From a virus: a DNA stretch of 40,200 nucleotides. A program made the translations under genes and the position numbers. Shown here piece after piece: positions 8,271 through 17,948 of the stretch. The stretch lies in IMG/VR virus record IMGVR_UViG_3300028920_000694, positions 1-40,200 of that record; one strand, 5' to 3'. The first letter of the stretch is position 1; every line of letters starts with the position of its first letter. Below the pieces are notes generated by a model that worked only from the letters and a program-made list of their open reading frames with translations, had not been told where the DNA came from and ran no database searches.

Positions 8271-9166
8271 AATTTGATATATGTATGGCATTCGACAAGG
8301 CAGAGTATCTCAATCCAGAGATATATCTGATGCTAGATACATTGAAGAATAAGATAGATGATGATACAGTTCTTCATATAGTCACTAACAGATCTAAAGA
8401 TGATGAAATGAGGAAGTTCATTAAGGAGGACTTCAACAGCAAGATATACTATGTATCTAAAGACCTAGTGAATTCACTGGACTCCAGATGCAGATATATG
8501 CTGAACTGCTTCAAGATGAAGACAGATAAGGAATGGGTGATGAAGATAGAGGCAGATGTGTTGTTCCTGAAACATCTATCTGAATATGAATCTCTACTTA
8601 AGGATGATTTGGATTTGGTGATTGAACCAGAGAATAGAAAGATATTCCCAGATGAATTTGAGACTAGACTCTGGAGACTAATGTATAGAGCAATGAAGAT
8701 AAAGGTACCCACAGAGAAGATACAGTTTAGAGAGAATGGAGAGATGGGACTACCTTTATTTGGAACAGGCATATTCTTTGTGAAGAGTAAGCATCTAGAC
8801 ACAATCAATAAGAGATGGATGAAGTTGACTCAGATATGTGAGAGGTGGATGCATATGAATGTTCATCCTAATGAACAAGCATTCACTGGAATGGCTCTAG
8901 ATGAAGGCTGGAAGATACATCTGTATCATCCTAGATACAAGTTCAATCCCATCGGGCACTGGAGAAAGGATGCATTTCCATCAGTTGAATTGATTGATGA
9001 TTGTGTGCTTCCAGGAGATACAGTCTGCTTTGACTATCATAGACCAGAATGGTTAATGCATGTAGCAAAGTTCAATAAATCAATATCAGATATCGTATGT
9101 AGAAATGATAAATATATACCAAAAGAGTGGTGGAATCTAGGAATGGGAGATTTTCATGAAAGATAA
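8267..9166 (+). CDS. putative GT-A fold glycosyltransferase (GT8-like, divergent)
   Basis: IEADVLF (DxD-like), FGTGIFF, NEQAF, YKFNP, late His (DYHRP) in GT8-like order. Confidence 0.6.
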   Translation: MKFDICMAFDKAEYLNPEIYLMLDTLKNKIDDDTVLHIVTNRSKDDEMRKFIKEDFNSKIYYVSKDLVNSLDSRCRYMLNCFKMKTDKEWVMKIEADVLFLKHLSEYESLLKDDLDLVIEPENRKIFPDEFETRLWRLMYRAMKIKVPTEKIQFRENGEMGLPLFGTGIFFVKSKHLDTINKRWMKLTQICERWMHMNVHPNEQAFTGMALDEGWKIHLYHPRYKFNPIGHWRKDAFPSVELIDDCVLPGDTVCFDYHRPEWLMHVAKFNKSISDIVCRNDKYIPKEWWNLGMGDFHER

Positions 9167-9323
9167 GGTCGAGGATACCCTCGAAACATCAACGAGAAGG
9201 GGTCATAGAGCCACGCTGACTGCGAATCTCTTTTCACCAATGGTATTATACCACCCCCCTATTTGGAAACGCTTAGAATCCGTTTATGTAACGATGGTGA
9301 ATAAGGCAATTGCCGATAAATAG
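9167..9323. other. CpG-rich, palindrome-dense island; candidate structured RNA or cis element
   Basis: Inverted repeats TCGAGG/CCTCGA 9169-9184, TGGTAT/ATACCA 9241-9253, AAACG/CGTTT 9267-9285, TTCACCA/TGGTGAA 9233-9301, palindrome GGCAATTGCC 9305-9314; 9 CpG counted; also open as a 55 aa ORF 9156-9323. Confidence 0.45.
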
Positions 9324-9348
9324 AGAATGAAAATGGAGATATATATGT

Positions 9349-9795
9349 ATGAGAACTGCAATAGTTATACCTAATATAGGATTTAGTAGAAATCAGCAAG
9401 CAATATTAAGAACTGCAGAAGCATTTGGAGTGTCCGAAATATGTGTTCTTGGGGATATAAAATTATCTGGAAATAGAATATCTAGAGGAGCACAAAGACA
9501 TATTAAGATATCGCACTTCAAGAATGAAGAAGAATGTATTAATTACCTAATTAAAAATAGATATAAATTAATATCTATAGAGAATGATGATGATTCATAT
9601 TCATTACCAGGATTTAAATTTCCTGCTAGAGTAGCATTGATTGCTGGACATGAGAGACTTGGAGTTCCAAAAGAATTTCTAGATGCATCTAAGCATATAA
9701 GAATCCCTCAATTTGGATTGATGAAATGCCTCAATACATCTATAGCAACATCTATTGTATTATATGAAAGATTTAAACAAGGATTAAAGATATGA
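9349..9795 (+). CDS. SpoU/TrmH family (SPOUT) RNA 2'-O-methyltransferase
   Basis: N...ILRTAEAFG, GHERLGV, IRIPQFGLMKCLNTSIATSIVLYE. Confidence 0.88.
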   Translation: MRTAIVIPNIGFSRNQQAILRTAEAFGVSEICVLGDIKLSGNRISRGAQRHIKISHFKNEEECINYLIKNRYKLISIENDDDSYSLPGFKFPARVALIAGHERLGVPKEFLDASKHIRIPQFGLMKCLNTSIATSIVLYERFKQGLKI

Positions 9796-10700
9796 ATATA
9801 GGTCACTTTAATGCTAGAGGCTTTAATGATGTAGAGCACTGGTTCACTATAATCAATAGAGAACTGAGTTCTAGAGGTCATGAAGTTAGACATTTCAATC
9901 TAAGAGCTCAGAGACCACTGAAGTGGGATATAGAATGGATGGACTTTGGAGTGATGCATTTCAGTCAAGTAGCACACTTCTATAGAAAGATGGGAATTCC
10001 ATTCTGTGTGCTTCCATCAGCTAATGATTGTCTAGTAGATGATGGTAAGAGACTTAAAGAAGTCAGTGAGCATCCAAACTGTAAGTTCGTGACTTATCAG
10101 AGTGCATTCCATTTAAGGAAGTATAATGAATGGGGAATCAAGCCACCATATGTATATGTTCCAATGCCTGCTAGAGTAAACTTATTTCAGAGAGAGACTC
10201 CTCTAGGAAATAAGATAATTGCTGGTGGAAGACTAATTCCAAAGAAAGGACTACATCAATTGAAGGATGTGGAGAATCTAACCATCTTTGGAGATGGACC
10301 ACTAAAGCAGGAGCTAGAGAAACAACTACCCAATGCAGAGTTTGTTGGATGGTTAGATGGAAAGGAATTAAAGGAATTGATGGAAGATAGTTGGTTATTC
10401 TTATGTCCAAGTGTAATCACTTCTGATGGTGATAGTGAAGGGATTCCAAATACAATTAAGGAAGCGATGCTGATGAATCTACAGGTGATTGCTAGTCCTA
10501 TTGCAGGCATTCCTGAACTAGAGAACATTTGTTTATTGAGTGACTGGAATAGAATTAATGGATGCATAGATGTCACAGAAAGAAATCCTAATTGGAAAGG
10601 AATGAAAGAAATCACACATATGTATTCACCAGAGCATTGTGTGAATTTATTGATGGATGGAATTGAGAAATATGGGACATATAGGAAAAAGAAAGTTTAA
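9792..10700 (+). CDS. GT4 family glycosyltransferase (WcaL-like)
   Basis: GRLIPKKG, GDGPL, PSVITSDGDSEGIPNTIKEAM, GIPE. Confidence 0.88.
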   Translation: MNIGHFNARGFNDVEHWFTIINRELSSRGHEVRHFNLRAQRPLKWDIEWMDFGVMHFSQVAHFYRKMGIPFCVLPSANDCLVDDGKRLKEVSEHPNCKFVTYQSAFHLRKYNEWGIKPPYVYVPMPARVNLFQRETPLGNKIIAGGRLIPKKGLHQLKDVENLTIFGDGPLKQELEKQLPNAEFVGWLDGKELKELMEDSWLFLCPSVITSDGDSEGIPNTIKEAMLMNLQVIASPIAGIPELENICLLSDWNRINGCIDVTERNPNWKGMKEITHMYSPEHCVNLLMDGIEKYGTYRKKKV

Positions 10701-11265
10701 AGCAGAAACTATAGAAGGATTCAGTGACTTCAATAGATTAGGAACTATGCCATTGATGTCTGAACTTGAGACTAAAACCATAGTCAAATATCTAAAACCT
10801 GAATATGTGATGTTTGAATGGGGTTCAGGTGGATCTACAGTATACTTTCCACAGTTTGTCAAGAGATATTATTCAGTGGAGCATCAACCTCACTGGTTTA
10901 GAATAATTAGGAACAAATTAAGGCACATGCCAGAGATAAAGAAAAGAGTGAATATAATGTATAAACCCCAGAGTGCACTATTTGGATTTAAAGATAATGA
11001 TTTCAAGAGAGAATGGTTTATGGATTACATTGAATCTATAGGAATTGTGGGTGAGAAGAGATTTGATGCAATTCTAGTAGATGGTGAAAATAGAACTAGG
11101 AGATTCTGTGCTGAAGAAGCAAGAAAGTATATGGATGAAGATTCAGTATTGTTCATTCATGACTATGATGATAGACCAGACACTCATAAAGTAGAAGAGA
11201 TATATGATATAATAGAAAAGGTAGAGGATGATAATTCTCTGGTAGTTATGAAGGTGAAGAAATGA
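10657..11265 (+). CDS. class I SAM-dependent methyltransferase (putative glycan O-methyltransferase)
   Basis: FEWGSGGST, SVEH, FDAILVDG, FIHDY; start may be 10672. Confidence 0.78.
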   Translation: MELRNMGHIGKRKFKAETIEGFSDFNRLGTMPLMSELETKTIVKYLKPEYVMFEWGSGGSTVYFPQFVKRYYSVEHQPHWFRIIRNKLRHMPEIKKRVNIMYKPQSALFGFKDNDFKREWFMDYIESIGIVGEKRFDAILVDGENRTRRFCAEEARKYMDEDSVLFIHDYDDRPDTHKVEEIYDIIEKVEDDNSLVVMKVKK

Positions 11266-12131
11266 TTTGGGGAGTAGGAGCTAGAAGAACAGGAACTAAT
11301 CTGCTTCGGGCTATTCTGGGTGCACATTCACAAATAGTTGCTACACCTACAGATATAGATGTGTTCCTAATGCATCATGATATATCTAAATATGATTTCA
11401 ATAATGTTCTGGATAAAAGAACTATATATAAAGAACTGCTAGGTAATTCTCATCTGACTCGACCATACATCAGAGATGGATGGGATATTGACCTTAGGAA
11501 ATTAAAAACAGATATCAATAAGTGTAATGATGCATCATGTGTAATTGCTTCATTGTTTATCAACTTCTTTAGAAAGTATTCAGAACCTCACTGGTGTCAT
11601 GTTCAGCATTCATTTGAATATGCAAATGAACTAGAGGAGATATTTCCATCACCTAAATATATCTATATGTATAGAAATCCATTAGATGTAGCTGCATCTG
11701 CAAAAACACATGCAATGAAAAGAAGAAAGTTAAATTATAATAAGAATATCATTCTGGAATCATGTAGAGAAATAAATAGGTGTCATCAAGGATATCTTGA
11801 CATTGTAAATAAATATGATGATGATAGGATTCTTTATGTTAGATATGGTGATTTAGTATATAGCAAAGAATTAGAAATCAAGAGAATCACAGACTTTCTA
11901 GGATTGAAGTTTGAACCTAATCAGATGAAGTTCAATGAACACTATACAGTAAAAGGTGGACTTCCATATTATTCTAATTCATCATACAAATCAAAAAGAG
12001 ATAATAGCTGGGGCAAATACTGGAAGGAATACAAAGGAGAGGAATTAATATACAGTAGTTCTGTAGATAAATGGAAAGATATTCTTACTGATGAAGAAGT
12101 GGAGTTGGTGAAACGTGAAATTCACAGATAA
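11262..12131 (+). CDS. sulfotransferase
   Basis: 5'-PSB GARRTGTNLL, 3'-PB YRNPLDVAAS, VRYGDLV...ITDFLGLKFE, SVDKWK. Confidence 0.85.
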   Translation: MIWGVGARRTGTNLLRAILGAHSQIVATPTDIDVFLMHHDISKYDFNNVLDKRTIYKELLGNSHLTRPYIRDGWDIDLRKLKTDINKCNDASCVIASLFINFFRKYSEPHWCHVQHSFEYANELEEIFPSPKYIYMYRNPLDVAASAKTHAMKRRKLNYNKNIILESCREINRCHQGYLDIVNKYDDDRILYVRYGDLVYSKELEIKRITDFLGLKFEPNQMKFNEHYTVKGGLPYYSNSSYKSKRDNSWGKYWKEYKGEELIYSSSVDKWKDILTDEEVELVKREIHR

Positions 12132-12756
12132 GCAACTAAAACAAATGGCTAGCATATTCTACTATAAGAATCTGGTAGAGAGATATCGAGTCATGGAGAA
12201 ATATTTTGACATTCAAGAAGGGGACACTGTGATTGATTGTGGAAGTTTCTCTGGAGATATGCTAAATTACTTTAGCAAGAAGGTTGGAAAGACTGGAAAG
12301 GTATATTCTATTGAGGCATTGCCATCTAATGTTCAGCAGATAAAAAGATTATGTAGATATCAAATGATGAATAATGTAGAGATAGTTCCAATTGCTCTGT
12401 GGAATAAGAAAGAGAAAATAAAGTTCTATCTATCTAAATATCCAAATGCAGGAAGTGGAATCAAAGAGTTTAGGAAAGTTTCTGAAGACTATATAGAAGT
12501 AGATGCAGATGCTCTAGATAATTTAAATATAGAGAACCCTAAATGGTTATGGTCAAATATAGAAGGTGCAGAAGTAAAAGCCCTAGTTGGAGCAGAAGAT
12601 ATTCTCAAGAACAATGATATGCAGGTTTGTATCTCAACTCATAAAGTGACTGATGAATATTCAACTACTAGAGATGTATGGGATTATCTAGAATATTGTG
12701 GATATAAATGTGAGTATGTAAAGAATCATGGAATGTGGGTGTATGGCAAAAAGTGA
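12115..12756 (+). CDS. FkbM family methyltransferase
   Basis: GDTVIDCGSFSG, VYSIEA, ALWNK, LD...NIEGAEVKALVGA; GTG start. Confidence 0.85.
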   Translation: MKFTDKQLKQMASIFYYKNLVERYRVMEKYFDIQEGDTVIDCGSFSGDMLNYFSKKVGKTGKVYSIEALPSNVQQIKRLCRYQMMNNVEIVPIALWNKKEKIKFYLSKYPNAGSGIKEFRKVSEDYIEVDADALDNLNIENPKWLWSNIEGAEVKALVGAEDILKNNDMQVCISTHKVTDEYSTTRDVWDYLEYCGYKCEYVKNHGMWVYGKK

Positions 12757-12886
12757 TGTAGAGATAATTCAACAGATGGAAACATTAATAAATGCAATAG
12801 ATTACTATAGAGAAAAAGAAGATTGGATGCAAGTAGAATATCTACATGGTCAATTAAGTGCATTAGGTTGGGTGATATCTAAATGA
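12743..12886 (+). CDS. small hypothetical protein (47 aa; not in ORF track)
   Basis: Hand translation MAKSDVEIIQQMETLINAIDYYREKEDWMQVEYLHGQLSALGWVISK*; ATGA-coupled to next gene. Confidence 0.6.
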   Translation: MAKSDVEIIQQMETLINAIDYYREKEDWMQVEYLHGQLSALGWVISK

Positions 12887-13776
12887 AATATTGGGAACTT
12901 AAGCAGAAACAGTCACTTGATTTAGATTCAAAGATAATTATGTCTAAGAGAAGAGTCAGAGAGTTCTATGAAGAATTTGATGGTCAGGTATATATAGCAT
13001 TTTCAGGTGGAAAAGATTCAACTGTCCTACTTCATTTAGTAAGAAGCATTTATCCAGATGTTCCAGCAGTATTTTGTGATACAGGTCTTGAATATCCAGA
13101 AATAAAGAAATTTATAAAGACAATAAATAATGTTATAGTTATCAAACCAAAAATGGGATTCAAACAAGTAATTAAAACATATGGATATCCAGTCATTTCA
13201 AAGAAGGTAGCAAGACAGATAAGAGATTTACAAAACCCAACAAGTAAGAACATAAATACAAGAAAGCTATATCTTGAAGGAATAAAGAAAGATGGAACAG
13301 AAACTATTGGATTTAAATTACCAAAGAAATGGAAAAAATTAATTGATGCACCATTTAGAGTTTCTGAAAAATGTTGTGACATTATGAAAAAGAATCCAGC
13401 AAAACAATATGAAAAAGAAACAGGAAGACATCCATATATTGGAGTGATGGCATGTGATAGTAATCAAAGGGAGATATCATATCTGAAAACTGGATGTAAT
13501 TCATTTAATGGAAAGATACAGAGTAAACCTCTTTCATTTTGGATACAAGATGATATATGGGATTATATAAAGAGATTTAATTTAGAATATTCAAATATAT
13601 ATGATATGGGAGAGAAACATACAGGATGTATATATTGTATGTTTGGTGCTCATCTAGATAAGAGTCCAAATAGATTTCAACGAATGAAAAAGCATCATCC
13701 AAAATTATATAAATATTGTATGGAGAAATTAGGATTAAAAGAAGTATTGGAATATATAGGAATAGAATATGAATAA
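12883..13776 (+). CDS. PAPS reductase-family (PP-loop, Fe-S) protein, phage type
   Basis: AFSGGKDSTVL, DTGLEYPE, CC, TGCIYC; YGYPVISK...CCDIMKKNP pattern of phage homologues. Confidence 0.88.
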   Translation: MKYWELKQKQSLDLDSKIIMSKRRVREFYEEFDGQVYIAFSGGKDSTVLLHLVRSIYPDVPAVFCDTGLEYPEIKKFIKTINNVIVIKPKMGFKQVIKTYGYPVISKKVARQIRDLQNPTSKNINTRKLYLEGIKKDGTETIGFKLPKKWKKLIDAPFRVSEKCCDIMKKNPAKQYEKETGRHPYIGVMACDSNQREISYLKTGCNSFNGKIQSKPLSFWIQDDIWDYIKRFNLEYSNIYDMGEKHTGCIYCMFGAHLDKSPNRFQRMKKHHPKLYKYCMEKLGLKEVLEYIGIEYE

Positions 13777-14719
13777 GAAGATACTCTTAACTGGAACTAC
13801 TGGATTCATAGGTAAGCATCTTAGAGATGACCTAAAGGTTATGGGATATGATGTTTATTCACTAGAGAGATATGTGACTGGTAGAATAGGAAAGACTCTA
13901 CCATATGAAAAGAATACATACTTTACAGACCTAACAGATGTATATTCAATGAACAAGGCAATGCAAGATATCAAACCAGAGATAGTTATTCATCTAGGAG
14001 CAATGACTGCAGTGGCTTATTCATATGCTCATTACTGGGAGACATTGAACATCAACTTCATGGGAACAGCTAATCTAGCAGAGATATGCACTAAGATTCC
14101 TGAAGTAGAACAATTTATCTATGCATCATCAGCAGAGGTTTATGGTGTATCACCAAATCTTCTAAAGAAAGAGACAGATACTAATCTATCTCCAAATAGT
14201 CCTTATTCGGTATCTAAATATGCATCAGAACAATACTTGATGTATTTACACAAGGCATATGGATTTCCAGTGACTATATTTAGACCATTCAATTCCTATG
14301 GAAGAAAAGAAGATAGATGGTTTGTAGTTGAAAGAATCATTACTCAAATGTTATCTGGAGATAAATGCTATCTAGGAGATCCAGAACCCATCAGAGACTT
14401 CCTATACTTGTATGACCAGTTGAATGCATATGTTCATGCAATAGATAATCCAAAAGCGATTGGAGAGATATTTAATATATCTTCAGGTGTTGGTATATCT
14501 ATCAAAGACCTAGCAGACAAGATAAAGAATCTGATTGGATGGGATGGAGAAATTATCTGGCAATCTCTACCTAAGAGAGCACTAGATATACATACACTGA
14601 TTGGAGATAATTTAAAGATAAAAGATGTATTAGGAGTTCCAGAACCATACTCTCTAGATGATGGACTGGAACTGACAATAGATTATTGGAAGGAGAAATT
14701 AAATGTTAAAGATAGATAA
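13769..14719 (+). CDS. NDP-sugar 4,6-dehydratase-like NAD-dependent epimerase/dehydratase
   Basis: TGTTGFIG, ASSAEVYG, SPYSVSK, RPFNSYG, RDFLY. Confidence 0.88.
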   Translation: MNKKILLTGTTGFIGKHLRDDLKVMGYDVYSLERYVTGRIGKTLPYEKNTYFTDLTDVYSMNKAMQDIKPEIVIHLGAMTAVAYSYAHYWETLNINFMGTANLAEICTKIPEVEQFIYASSAEVYGVSPNLLKKETDTNLSPNSPYSVSKYASEQYLMYLHKAYGFPVTIFRPFNSYGRKEDRWFVVERIITQMLSGDKCYLGDPEPIRDFLYLYDQLNAYVHAIDNPKAIGEIFNISSGVGISIKDLADKIKNLIGWDGEIIWQSLPKRALDIHTLIGDNLKIKDVLGVPEPYSLDDGLELTIDYWKEKLNVKDR

Positions 14720-15071
14720 AGTTCATGAGGATGAGAGAGGAGAGATATATTCCATCACTGGAGACACTGGACCATTTGAAGAGTTTGTAATCCTGACTAC
14801 AAAGAAAGGATTTGCTAGAGGAGGATGTATTCATAATCTAAACAATGAGTATGGAATCATTCTTTCAGGTGAAGTAGACTATCAGATAGGTGAATACAAA
14901 CATGAGAAGTGCAAGGCTGGTGATAGAATGTTCATCAAGAAAGGAACTCCACATTACTTCTATGCTCAAGAAGATTCTATAGTGATGGAGTTTGGAGCAA
15001 CTACAGAAGAGAAGAAAGAAAAACATCCTGAATTTAGGAAACTGGTGGATATAATAAATAGGAGGAAATAA
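14703..15071 (+). CDS. cupin-domain protein (sugar epimerase/ketoisomerase-like)
   Basis: HEDERGEI, ARGGCIH...E...GTPHYF. Confidence 0.75.
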   Translation: MLKIDKVHEDERGEIYSITGDTGPFEEFVILTTKKGFARGGCIHNLNNEYGIILSGEVDYQIGEYKHEKCKAGDRMFIKKGTPHYFYAQEDSIVMEFGATTEEKKEKHPEFRKLVDIINRRK

Positions 15072-15072
15072 A

Positions 15073-15420
15073 ATGCATCAATATTTTCAATATTTTTATC
15101 CAGATGGTAGAAGTCCTAGAGGATATATATGGGAAGATAATAAACCTAAGAAGTGTGAATCTTGTAAGAGAGAGACTAATGAGCTATATTGCTGTCCAAT
15201 TGGGAACCATAACTGGAGATGTAGGCAATGTCAGATTAATCTGATAGAGCATATTGGATATGAAGATTGTCTAGAGAATCAAAACCAGTTATATAGCTAT
15301 CCTTTAATTCCTGATGGATATGTATCTCCTAACTTTGATAAAGAGAAATATGAACATAAGAAAAAGAGAGAGAAATCTCTTTGGTATCGTGTCTGGAACT
15401 GGAGGAAATCCACAGAATGA
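15073..15420 (+). CDS. hypothetical protein with Cys motifs
   Basis: CESC...CC...CRQC; ATGA-coupled downstream. Confidence 0.6.
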   Translation: MHQYFQYFYPDGRSPRGYIWEDNKPKKCESCKRETNELYCCPIGNHNWRCRQCQINLIEHIGYEDCLENQNQLYSYPLIPDGYVSPNFDKEKYEHKKKREKSLWYRVWNWRKSTE

Positions 15421-16121
15421 AAGAAGACTTTAATCCATGGCCTTGTGGTCATGTTCCAGAGAAATGGCAGAGACCAGAATGTAAATTAGTTAAGCAGAAA
15501 TATAATGTAGATGATATGGGAATCATTGATTTATTTGAGAGGAAGATAGCTAAGTTTGCAGGAAGCAAGTATGGAGTTGCAGTATCTAGTAACACCAATG
15601 GAATCTTCTTGGCCTTACAATATCTGAAATATACAGGAAAATTAAGAAGTGCAGGGGTAATAACTATTCCATCCAGAACATATATGTCAGTTCCTATGTC
15701 AATTGTGAATGCAGGATTCAAGGTTCAATTTGAAGATATGGAATGGAGTGGTATATATAGATTAGAACCAACAAACATAATTGATGGAGCAGGTAGATTC
15801 AAAAAAGGAATGTATGTTCCAGATTCACTTCATGTTCTTTCATTCCAATACAAGAAGAGACTTCCTATAGGTAGAGGTGGGATGATTCTTACAAATGATA
15901 AGGATGCATATGATTGGTTGATATCTGCAAGATTCAATGGAAGGAGTGTAGATAAGGATCAGTGGCATGATGAATTTAAAATCAGGGGATGGAATATGTA
16001 TATGACTCCAGATGATGCTGCAAGAGGCATTCTAATATTTGATGAGCTAGAGGATGAATATCCAGATAATCAATATTATGCTAACTATCCTGATTTATCT
16101 AAACAGAAGATGTTTCAATGA
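15417..16121 (+). CDS. DegT/DnrJ/EryC1/StrS family sugar aminotransferase (short form)
   Basis: FERKIAKFAG, VSSNT, DGA, SFQYKKRLPIGRGGMILT (PLP-Lys motif), GWNMYM. Confidence 0.87.
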   Translation: MKEDFNPWPCGHVPEKWQRPECKLVKQKYNVDDMGIIDLFERKIAKFAGSKYGVAVSSNTNGIFLALQYLKYTGKLRSAGVITIPSRTYMSVPMSIVNAGFKVQFEDMEWSGIYRLEPTNIIDGAGRFKKGMYVPDSLHVLSFQYKKRLPIGRGGMILTNDKDAYDWLISARFNGRSVDKDQWHDEFKIRGWNMYMTPDDAARGILIFDELEDEYPDNQYYANYPDLSKQKMFQ

Positions 16122-17041
16122 CAGGAATCCATTTAGGTAATCTGGATATCTATTATCAGACAACACTGATGATGGATGCATTTCAAAGAAGAATGAGATT
16201 CATTAATTTAAAAAATGAAACAGAAGAATCAGTTGAGAAGATAATCAAAGAAGTTAATCCAGATTATATTATAACTACACCATCTTATCCATTCAGGAAA
16301 TCACTAAGTAGATTTAAAGTTCCAGTGATTATTGGTGTTGGAGATATCTGGCAGAGACTCAATGATGATTCACTATATAAATTTGTGAGATATCATAGAA
16401 TTAAAGGAATAGAAGTAGACTGTAAATGTGCTATAGATGCATATAGATATTATCTTGATGGATTAGATTGTGATTTCTTCTGGAAGAAGTGGGGACTTGA
16501 TTTGAATGTCCTAAAAGATTATGGATTACCTAAAGTATATGATGTGATGTTCAGTGGAAAATTCTCTACATATGCATATAGAAGAGAATTAAATAAGAAG
16601 CTCTTACAAGCATATGACATTAGATTCAGAAATTATTTACCATATTCAGTATCTGAAATACCATATAATCACTATGCAAAGAACATAAACAGAAGTTGGA
16701 TTGGAATTGGTGGGATGGTTCAGAACAAGCAGAATCTATTCTGGAGAGGCAGATTCATAGGATATACATTTCCTAGAACACTGGAGATACCTGCTGCAGG
16801 AACTTGTCTAATCAACTGTCACTGGGGTGATGAGAAGGTTCTGGGATTTAGAGATGGTAAGAATTGTATCCTCTTCACAACAATTAAGGATGCAATGGAA
16901 AAGATAAGATATTATCTAGATGATAAAGAAGAGTTGAAGAAGATAACTAAAGCAGGATATGAATTGGTTCATAAGAATCATGATATATATGAGATTGTAG
17001 ATAAATATGTTAATGAGTTAGAGGATAAGTATGGAAGATAA
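16118..17041 (+). CDS. GT-B glycosyltransferase (CgeB/Glyco_trans_1_2-like)
   Basis: YDVMFSG...YRR, PRTLEIPAAGT, FRDG, KIRYYL...ITKAGYELV..NH. Confidence 0.8.
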   Translation: MTGIHLGNLDIYYQTTLMMDAFQRRMRFINLKNETEESVEKIIKEVNPDYIITTPSYPFRKSLSRFKVPVIIGVGDIWQRLNDDSLYKFVRYHRIKGIEVDCKCAIDAYRYYLDGLDCDFFWKKWGLDLNVLKDYGLPKVYDVMFSGKFSTYAYRRELNKKLLQAYDIRFRNYLPYSVSEIPYNHYAKNINRSWIGIGGMVQNKQNLFWRGRFIGYTFPRTLEIPAAGTCLINCHWGDEKVLGFRDGKNCILFTTIKDAMEKIRYYLDDKEELKKITKAGYELVHKNHDIYEIVDKYVNELEDKYGR

Positions 17042-17948
17042 GAAGATATTATTTGGAATATTCGGCAAGCAAGTTAGGATGAGGATGGGTGAATTTGTTG
17101 AGATGGTTCACTCATGCTACATTAAAGGAAAAGATTTAGGATATGCTGATGGAAACATGTTCTTTGAGTGGCCACATAGAATTGCATTCAATAGTGAATA
17201 TAGATATCCAACGTATAAGTTCATGCAATTTCCAGGATATTCTATTCTACCAATAGATTATGTAAAGAGAAACAATGTAAAGAAATCAGACTATGATGAA
17301 GTCTTTAATCTAAATAAGGCAGATATGTTCTATAAGGGCAGTCCAGCAATATACAATATAATTGATGGAAAGTTCACTAGGAATCACACTGGATTCATGA
17401 ACTATCCAAATATACACTACTTCAAGACAGGAGAGAAACCAATCATTAAGATACCTAAGGACAAACTAAAGAAACCATATATTCTTATACACACTAGACT
17501 TGCTAACTGGTCTGAATATAGAAATCCAAAGATAGAATCATATCATAAGATTCTGGATTTACTTGAACCTTATAGAGATACTTATGAGATATGGCAAACT
17601 GGTGAAAAATGTAAATCAGTAGAGAAAAGATGTGATAACACTGTTCCACCACATCCTGAAGATATAAATAAGTTTCTTAGAATTGTAAATAATTCATCTA
17701 TGATAATTGGATGTAATTCAGGACCAAACACTGCTGGTGATATGTTTAACATACCATATGTTGAATTAGATGTTCCAATCAAAAGAAATGGTAGACCTAC
17801 AGAAGCTACACTTGAGGGTTGGAAATTGAAGAGTGACATTGGAAACAGTTATAGAGATTATAGGATTAGGGGTGAAGATTTGCTTCAACTATGGCAAAAT
17901 GAACTTGATGAAGAAAAGTTCTTGAACTTCTGTAGGAGGAATTTATGA
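17031..17948 (+). CDS. putative glycosyltransferase (GT9-like C-terminal domain)
   Basis: YILIHTR...RN, IIGCNSGPNTAGDMFNIPYV resembles the GT9-type DSG loop. Confidence 0.55.
   Translation: MEDKKILFGIFGKQVRMRMGEFVEMVHSCYIKGKDLGYADGNMFFEWPHRIAFNSEYRYPTYKFMQFPGYSILPIDYVKRNNVKKSDYDEVFNLNKADMFYKGSPAIYNIIDGKFTRNHTGFMNYPNIHYFKTGEKPIIKIPKDKLKKPYILIHTRLANWSEYRNPKIESYHKILDLLEPYRDTYEIWQTGEKCKSVEKRCDNTVPPHPEDINKFLRIVNNSSMIIGCNSGPNTAGDMFNIPYVELDVPIKRNGRPTEATLEGWKLKSDIGNSYRDYRIRGEDLLQLWQNELDEEKFLNFCRRNL

Noticed and set aside
9167-9323. tRNA gene or Rho-independent terminator
   Set aside because: No cloverleaf or TTCGA T-loop in a tRNA context; the first hairpin has no U-tract. Kept only as an unclassified element.
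12883-13776. cysH sulfate assimilation or Dnd phosphorothioation system
   Set aside because: No cysD/N/C/I/J and no dndA/B/D/E or ssp partners in the window; the sequence pattern fits the stand-alone phage-type family.
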